A DNA stretch of 64,000 bases from Octopus sinensis (Eukaryota): contig NC_043005.1 in the NCBI RefSeq assembly GCF_006345805.1, positions 64,356,001 to 64,420,000 of the forward strand, read 5' to 3'. Made by a program: the position numbers and the translations under genes. Positions 13,896 to 64,000 of the stretch are shown piece after piece. The notes under the pieces are model-generated. The model saw nothing but the letters and a program-made list of their open reading frames with translations. It had not been told where the DNA came from and did not search any database. Positions within the stretch are counted from its first letter, which is position 1, and the number at the start of each line of letters is the position of its first letter.

Positions 13896-14484
13896 CAGTA
13901 ACTAGCATAGAGAAGCATTAACAGCCGAGCTCTTGTAAATAGTCCCCATAAAGGGACTGCGCACTCAGGCAATTAGTCGAAATTTGAAGTATTTGAAACA
14001 CTCTCAACTTGCCTTTTTTTAAATTTATTTACTTACGACATTTGAAACTCCAAGCATTTAAAACGTGGCACTTATGATATAAAGCGTTTTTAAGACAAAA
14101 ATTGGGTATGCAGTTAATTTTGAGATCCATATTGCATTTTCGCGCTCTCCTGAGCAAATCTAGGTCTTCGGAAAACATAGAGACTATGTATGTTTCGTTG
14201 TGGCAATCATGATATCACGTAACTTCCTGACAATGAAATACCACCATTTTCATAGTTTTCTAATAATAAGTGTTCATGAAGGCGTGATTCCTTGCTTGCC
14301 CTCTCTATCGAAAAACTGTTAGTATATGGGAGGTGAAGGTTTGGTCATGCTATATTCTTGTATGGCTTTCCCTTTGTGAGGAGCCATGACGGGGTACTTG
14401 GCATCTTAATAGCAATGAGAGAGTGCAAAATGTATTCACACTCCATATCGAGAAATCGAATTGACAGCTATATATATATATATA

Positions 14485-14534
<50 letters not shown>

Positions 14535-14849
14535 TTTGAGAGTTAATGGTGTCAATAAGACCCAAAGGTGTCAGGTAATGCTAAGTAAGTGTTATGGACA
14601 GACCATAGTTAAATCCACTTCACTCTATTTCATATCTTATCTAAATTAACTATTCCTTAACCATTTTCTCACACCGTCTCCGATGATATATCCCTGTTTC
14701 CGGGATATATATAATATCCCAGAAACAGCTGTAAGACCTATTTATAAATGTTCTAAAATCTTTCACAGCCTTGGATTTTTATCGCATTCTGAAATATATA
14801 TATATATATATATACATGTAAAACATGTTTCAACATTTGCTCTTTGCAG

Positions 14850-56154
<41,305 letters not shown>

Positions 56155-56374
56155 AGGTTAACGAGCAGGCGTGTCTGATACAACAGTCGACTGAATTCCT
56201 TAGTTGAAGAAAACTGAAATTATAGTTAATGTTAATGATGGCAGATATCCTTATGTTATATGCTAAGTGGGTACACCACTTTAGAAAGAAATGATTAGTT
56301 TAGATTTGAATAGGTTAACAGGTATTGTAGTTGATCCATTGATTGTTATTGAAATTCGTTTTAATTTTTCTGCA

Positions 56375-56380
56375 AATAAA
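56375..56380 (+). terminator. Candidate polyadenylation signal (AATAAA) of TH
   Basis: First AATAAA I found after the stop codon, about 220 nt downstream. The AT-rich context makes a chance match possible. Confidence 0.4.
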
Positions 56381-57828
56381 TATACAATTATCCAATATTA
56401 ACTAACACCTACAGAATATATAAAAATTCACATCTACAGGAAACTATCATAGAAAACGTGGTTATTTTATTTTTTCGCATACTGATATATGTATGCATGT
56501 ATGTATCTATATATGTATGTGTGTCTGTGTGTATGTATATATATATTATATATACATACGTATGTATGTTTGCATGTATGTATGTATCTATGTATCTATG
56601 TATGTATGTAATACAAGAACACAGAATGAATTTAGAACAGCTTTATTTTTACTTAAAATTGTTTCGGTACCACTCTTTTTCACGTAAATGCTATTTATGC
56701 AGCCTCATTGGTGACATTATTGTAACCAATGAAACGAGCTGGAATAATGTGAACGAGATCAAGCTAAGGTTCTTCGATATATCTATACATAAAAACGTAC
56801 ATACTTATACATAAGTCGTGAAGTTAGTCTCCGAAGAATTCCAAGAGGGTCATGTTATATATGTGTATATGTGTGGGTATGCATGCGTTTGTATGTGTAT
56901 GCATTGTGCACATACATACTACAGTTGACTTACTATAGTTACTTTGGCTCAAACGCGGACAAAATTATAAATATAGGCGTTTGTACGAAAAACATTTACG
57001 ATCTAATAAAATTCTGAACTCCAAACGGCTAAAGAGTTAGACCATGCTTAGGTATACGTTAATCGTTTACATGAAAGACGGTAGAAAAGCCATAAAGTTG
57101 TCCTTTTTAATCCGGAAACCAGAGATAAGCTAAATATTTTAAAACTGCAGTACCTACTTGTAACGCGAGAACTTTACGACACACCGGTTGGACTTCCAGT
57201 AAAGACACGCAGCATTAGGCTTAGACTGGGCGATAATATGGGTATGCTCGTTAGTTTGTAGCTGAGGTGTACACGGCACGCTTAGAATCATTTGCCGATA
57301 TCAATATTTTTTCCAATTTTCCTTCTTAGAATTTATGCTTTTGATCTATGTCTGGGACATTCCGGAACATTTTAAGGTTAAACGGGATGTATGGTAAGCC
57401 TATGTACAATGACCTCTTACTTTAGAGATTGGGGGGGGGGGATGGGAGAAAGGTTCATGAATAAATGCATAAGTATGTATGTACATAAAGCTCAATAATT
57501 GTTACGGTTTGATAGAAATGTCTTTTTCCCCACTCTCTTGTTACAAACATAGACACATACATACTTATACACACTTACACATACACATACGTTAAGTAGG
57601 CATCATTAGACCGAGGCATTAATTGATTTCAAATTTGTTGAAAGTGTATGTTTCCACCCTTCACTGACGAGATATAAATGTAACATAGCTTCATATTTCT
57701 GGTCTAGAAGTACATAGAAGAATATGTATGCAGGTTTTTCTTGCCTAAGTTCACAAATCTGAATGATTTCCTTGTAAATTTGTGGTTTTTTAATTAATCG
57801 TGATAAGTATATAATTAACAGTGATAAG

Positions 57829-57859
<31 letters not shown>

Positions 57860-57934
57860 ATGTTAGCCATGATATATATATATATAATGTTAGCCATGAT
57901 ACTAACATGATACTGTATACTTTGATTAATAGGC

Positions 57935-58069
<135 letters not shown>

Positions 58070-58224
58070 ATTGAATGGTAGTTTTGAATTTAAATTGCAT
58101 AACACAACCCGTATTTAGAACTTCATGTAGATCCTTATTTAAAGAGAGAATATATGTTTCATAGTCCAGTTTCCTTTCACTGGTCATCATAGAAAGATCA
58201 CAGAGTATCGACTTTCGGTTTTGT

Positions 58225-58278
<54 letters not shown>

Positions 58279-58951
58279 TATATAGATATATATATATACA
58301 TACACAGATGTATGTATGTATATATAAAATGGATGTAATGTACAAAAAAAAACAGCCAATGAGGTATGGAGTGTGAGATCAACTGAGCGTAAGAGGAATC
58401 ATCAAAAGCAAAGGCAATATTTTAGAAGTCTGGAAATATCATTAAAATAAGGGGAGTTAATCTGACGGAACGATGAAAGAGACACATGTAATAAGTTTAA
58501 TACCTGAGTGGCATTCAAATGTGGATTGAATGCACTCATGTCATCTAAATTAACCTTTTCCATTGCATTTGACTCTGACACAAGGACTATGCTAAAAAGA
58601 TAAATGTGGTCACAACATACGAAAATGGAAGTAAAATGTTCGTTACAGGAATGTATGTAACTCAGTGTGTGTGTATGGGTATGTGCGTATGTGTGAATGT
58701 GTTTGTGTTTGTGTGTGACTGATTTTTTTCTTTCTTTCTTGTTTTGTTTTGGTTTTTTTTTTACAAATGGAAAAGAATTACTTCATACACTAAGTAGAGT
58801 GTGTACAATTTATTCTAAGCTGAGAAAGGTGATGCTCAAATGGAAACTGATTTTTCGATTGCTGCTCTATGATATGATATATAAGCATGTGGGTGTGTGA
58901 GTGCAAAAACGCACACACCTACACATATATGCATGTGTGTGTGTATGTGTG

Positions 58952-59042
<91 letters not shown>

Positions 59043-59541
59043 TTGTATGTGTGTGTGTGTGTGTGTGCGTGTACATTCGAAGCTGATACTTTACTATCGT
59101 AACAAATATGGCTGATGAAAATTTTGAAGTTCTGTTAGAAAATTTATAGGGTTCTTGAAGAAGTCTCTTAACCAGCTCTTGTGGATATCTAATTGTTACT
59201 GCTGTTGTAGTTATTCGGTTACTGTTGCAGCTTTCTTCCAATTGTTCAAGTGGCTGTTGTTAAAAATTACTGTTATTGACTTTGTGATTATTTTCTTTGT
59301 TCTTCTCAGAAACAACTGCAATACTTAACAGACAGAAAATCCTTTGATCCGAATCACAATACCTCAATATTCCTTCTATACACAAAAGAACATTGTTGTT
59401 ACATTTATTTTAATTTGTTATAAGAGACTGCAGTGTCATTCTCATGTTTTTTACCAAGAAGCTGCCTTTATTTTCACGATTATTTCTAAGATATCCAGAA
59501 TGAATGATTCCTCGTCACAAACTCATTTTGTGTGTTTAGCA

Positions 59542-59799
59542 CATTGGTTCTCAACCGTGGTCCATATGGCTCTTGGTGGTCAATATAAGATATTTTGTTT
59601 GAGTTTATGAACAATGAATTATTTATACTTCTACAATACACCGAATATTTTAACAATGCTTTGACTGCAATTCCTAATAATATTTAATAATAAAAGTATA
59701 ATAGGACATTTTAAACATTGAATAGTAATTGGGTGGAGTCCACCGGAGTAAAATAAGAACCAAAGAGATCCATAGATAAAAAATAGTTGAAAACTACTG
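59542..59799. mobile_element. hAT (Charlie-like) MITE
   Basis: TIRs CATTGGTTCTCAACC and AGTTGAAAACTACTG. The 8-bp flanks GTTTAGCA and CTCTAGCA fit a decayed hAT TSD. Confidence 0.6.
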
Positions 59800-60562
59800 C
59801 TCTAGCATATACAGAACTAATGGGTTTCTAAGTCCATCTAAGTGTAACCCAGCTACTCAAAAAACATAGATCAACTTAAACGGCTTCGCTAGATTATCCT
59901 TTTGTTAGTTGGCAGTTAGAAGAATAGACGATTTAATTTGGCTTTACAGAAGTCATTGGGGACATCCATAGTAAATCTACTCTATAATTACGACATGAAT
60001 GTGATGTTATCCTGGATATTTGCTGCTGATTATTGTCGTTGGCGTGTTCTTTCGTGAAACAGTGATTATGTTTTCTAGTGGCTGTCATTACGGTCAATAG
60101 ATATTACAGATATCTTGGGGTTTATCTGAATTTGTTACTAATACTTTATATCTGGTTATTCTGTAACGTTGGTCTTAAACTAGTTATGAGTTTTATATAT
60201 GTACGTAATTAGGATGTATGTATTATGTGTGTATGCATGTCTGATTCTAAGTACGTAAACAGAGAGGTAGATATAGATACACACACACATACTCACATTA
60301 TGCTATTGAAACCAGAAACAACATCGCAAACTGTTACTCAGGGTTTCACGTAACTGTTCATCAGACCTGTCAGAATTATCACAACGCTCTGATGAGTAAC
60401 AGTTTGTTAAGTTGTTTTCAGCTTCAATGAAATAGAAATTTCTTCACCTTTGGTATTCCAGTAGTATTTGCTCCACCCTTTTTTTTTCGATACCTGTGTG
60501 TTCCGTTGTGTGTATGCGTGTGTATATACACGCACACACACACATAAATATGTGTGCACGAC

Positions 60563-60603
<41 letters not shown>

Positions 60604-60824
60604 GCGCGTGTGTGTGTATATGTATATATATATATATATATATGCACGCACACACTCACATACACACACACGTACACACTCGAACGCACAGGCAGTCCCG
60701 AATTTTGGACGAGTTTATGCGTCCCCTTGTGACTCAGAACGGTTGCATACGTTCGTATTTAGCGTCATGTAGTCAACTATTCGTCTCGGTATATAGTATA
60801 TATTTTTACCTAGACATCTGAAAC

Positions 60825-60861
<37 letters not shown>

Positions 60862-61594
60862 GTAACTAAATTTTTTTTTTTGTTAAAGTTTACCATCACC
60901 CTATAAAACAATTGAGTCAATCTCTACTCGTAATAATTTTTTTCTTCAAAACACCTTCCCTTATTGCATGTGTAGCTTTCAAGTGAGTAAAATATTTTGG
61001 AGATTTTTCTTGCACTAAACCAAGGCTAATAAGCGTACTACGACGATTTTGATCCTCTAACCAAATTACCAATTCCATTTCGGAAAATGCGATAATTGTG
61101 AAACCAGTGATAATCGTAGCTTTCGTCGTAACACAGCTTATCACGCTCTCCATTATTCTCATTTTTTTCTTTTAAAATTATCCCGGTTGTTTGACGGACA
61201 AAAATTTCGCCGCTCGCCGATCGTTTTCTTTTCATTTTTCTACTTTCATTTTAAACATGTTCTCTTGCTTTCTTTTCTGTGATGCAAAGCCATTGCCCGC
61301 ATTGGGTTTTAAGTTTTGAAGGCATGTTACGTGAGTAATCAAAATAAAAAAATGTAAATCAAATAAAGGGAGCAACACATACAATACCGTGTTTATGTGT
61401 TCTGGCTGGAAATAGCAACGGCGAGGCGTTGTCCTTCCACCTGCTGACGCACTACTGCAACACGTCTAGCCTACTAGACCACCCTCCCCCAAAATTTCAG
61501 GCGTTGTGCCTTTAATACCAGCTGATCACTGGGGTTGTTGCTGTTGTTGTTGTTGTTGTTGTTATTATTATTATTATTATCATTATTATTATTT

Positions 61595-61792
61595 AGGCGG
61601 CGAGCTGGCACACCGGGCGAAATGCTTAGCAGTATTTCGTCTACCGCTAGTTCTGAGTTCAAATTCCGCTGAGATCTACTTTGCCTTTCATCCTTTCGGG
61701 GTCGATTAAATAAGTAGCAGTTACACATTGGGGTTCAATGTAATCGACTTGATCCCCGACCCCAAGCTGATCCTTGGGGAAAAAATTTGAAA

Positions 61793-61795
<3 letters not shown>
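61595..61795 (+). mobile_element. SINE family A variant with an (ATT)n tail
   Basis: GGCGGCGAGCTGGCA head and family A core, flanked by (TTA)n on both sides. Confidence 0.75.
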
Positions 61796-61838
<43 letters not shown>

Positions 61839-62019
61839 CATTATTATATTATTATTATTATATTATTATTATTATTATGTTTTTGCGACTGTGGAATGAC
61901 AGATTAGGTAGAGCGACGGATAAAAAAAGCTTTCAGTTTTCACTTTCATCCTAGTATCTTCTGAATTCTAATCCTGTCGTGTTTGAATTTGCCTTTCCTT
62001 GTTTCAGAGTCGTTAGCAG

Positions 62020-62110
<91 letters not shown>

Positions 62111-62611
62111 GAAAGTCACTTGACTACAACACGCATCTAAAATGTGTTCCACAACTTGGAACCATTACTCTTGTTATTTTTGTTGGTGATGTTGATAATT
62201 TTGATAATAACGCTGATGTGCTTTACTATTTTGTTTCATCAACGTTCTGTCAATGACTTGAATGTTTCTGTTACAATCCGTTTTGCCTCTGTTACTGTGT
62301 TTTATTGTTGTTCTTGTTGGCACTGCTATGTTCCAGAAGAAAATGATGATGATGAAGATGATGATGAAGATGATGAAGATAACAGTAGTAGTTATCCTCA
62401 TCATCAGCAATAATTCTGTATCGCCACCGTCATCGTTATCTTGATCTACCTCTAGATAAATACTACACCCGTTTCTGGGAGTATGCTAATTGCAAATAGA
62501 TTCATTGTAGCTAAAAAAAAAATTCCCGTTTATTGTGCCTCTATATACATGTACGTCAGTGACTAAGTTGTACTTTTAAAGTTTCTTCATGTTTACTGGG
62601 TTACTATGCCA

Positions 62612-62649
<38 letters not shown>

Positions 62650-63176
62650 TCGATACTATCGGCAACAAAGAGTGATGTTGGAAAGAACAACACAACTGAA
62701 AGATGTTTAATGAAAGGCCAGTATACCTCTGTGCTGTTTATGTCAAATATTTTAATATCGCCATTGCTCCCTTCTTCAGAATCCCGTTTTGAACGAAAAG
62801 GGCATAACACTAACATAAACAATTAAATTTTATTTAATTGTATTCCTGTATATACTTGTCCAGTGATTTGATTTGAAATCGTACATAGAAAATAAGAATA
62901 TCGTACAAAGGCACTTTATTAAACGCACCATTTTGTTTTCTTTCCCCTCATCGTTCTTTGTAACATGTACAACCAGCAGAGCATTCTATCCTATATTTCC
63001 TAGTACAGTAATTCAGTGAATATGAAAGAGTTTTAGAAGTACCACCTACTCACCAATGTTTGGTCGAGTTATAAATACAGCGTCCAGGTTCTGTGCCGTA
63101 AGTCGCGGGTCTATTATGAATCGCTTCCGAAGACATATTGACACTTGTACGTTTTCGTAACCTTAACGCTACAACA

Positions 63177-63261
<85 letters not shown>

Positions 63262-63393
63262 TATACATATACACATAATATACATATACATATATATATA
63301 TAATATATGATATATATATATATATGTGGTGTGTGTGGTGTGTGTGGGTATATATGTCATATGTATATATATATAGTATATATATATGTATTA

Positions 63394-63455
<62 letters not shown>

Positions 63456-63901
63456 ATGTGTCTCCGCATGTATTTGTGAGTGAATGAGTGCATATGCGTG
63501 TGTGTGTATGTCTGTGTATGTATGTGTATATGTGTGTCTTTTGCTTTTGTGTACTGTAAAGCAAGAAACAAGCTCCTGCCAGGTTTGGTACAAGACACGA
63601 TTTTGAATCTTGGTTCACTTCACTTACACCCCCTTGAGAAAAGCATGAATGGTACGAACGACACCAATATCCCGTTGCTTATATTTTTGCTGTTTCTTGT
63701 TGTAATACAAAGATTATCACAAATACAAATGCAACAGTTGTTGTTGTCGGGTTGTTGTTATGTATGTGTGTGTGTGTGTGTGTGTGTATGTGTCTTGTTA
63801 TCTTGAAAAAATTCATTAACCCTTCCTTTCTCCTCCACCAACACTTATAACATTGATTTCTCGATTTCTCTTCCTTTTTTCACCTTTTCCTTTCTTTTCC
63901 C

Positions 63902-63952
<51 letters not shown>

Positions 63953-64000
63953 TATTATTATTATTAATATTATTGTTATTATCACTGTTATTGTTATTGT

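Noticed and set aside
1-14849. Upstream TH exons (HPGF.D..YR.RR and IPRVEYT motifs, regulatory domain)
   Set aside because: I found no matching sequence by eye. They probably lie 5' of the window, although a very short exon could have been missed.

Overview
AT-rich eukaryotic genomic DNA saturated with microsatellites ((TA)n, (GATA)n, (TATG)n, (TAA)n, (CA)n); the repeat and SINE landscape looks like a coleoid cephalopod, probably Octopus (inference). The only host gene I can support is the 3' half of a + strand tyrosine hydroxylase (TH)-like aromatic amino acid hydroxylase. It has five GT-AG coding exons (14850-14995, 15915-16050, 17898-18024, 52866-53095, 55971-56154) that splice in frame into about 273 aa covering most of the catalytic domain and the C-terminal helix, and it includes a 34.8-kb intron. 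The 5' exons were not found in the window. The rest is transposon-derived: three tRNA-type SINE families, R4/Dong-like RLE retrotransposon fragments sitting in (TAA)n tracts, a Tx1/L1-like fragment, mariner and DD37D-like relics, several MITEs, non-autonomous Helitrons/HINEs, and Penelope-like foldback remnants. The most notable signals are a perfect 142-bp-arm hairpin in the last TH intron carrying a minimal hammerhead-ribozyme fold on each arm, further hammerhead-like motifs, a (TAA)n-targeted retroelement cluster, and non-canonical active-site-proximal residues in the TH-like protein. Almost all ORFs in the supplied track are microsatellite artefacts. All coordinates and translations were read by eye.
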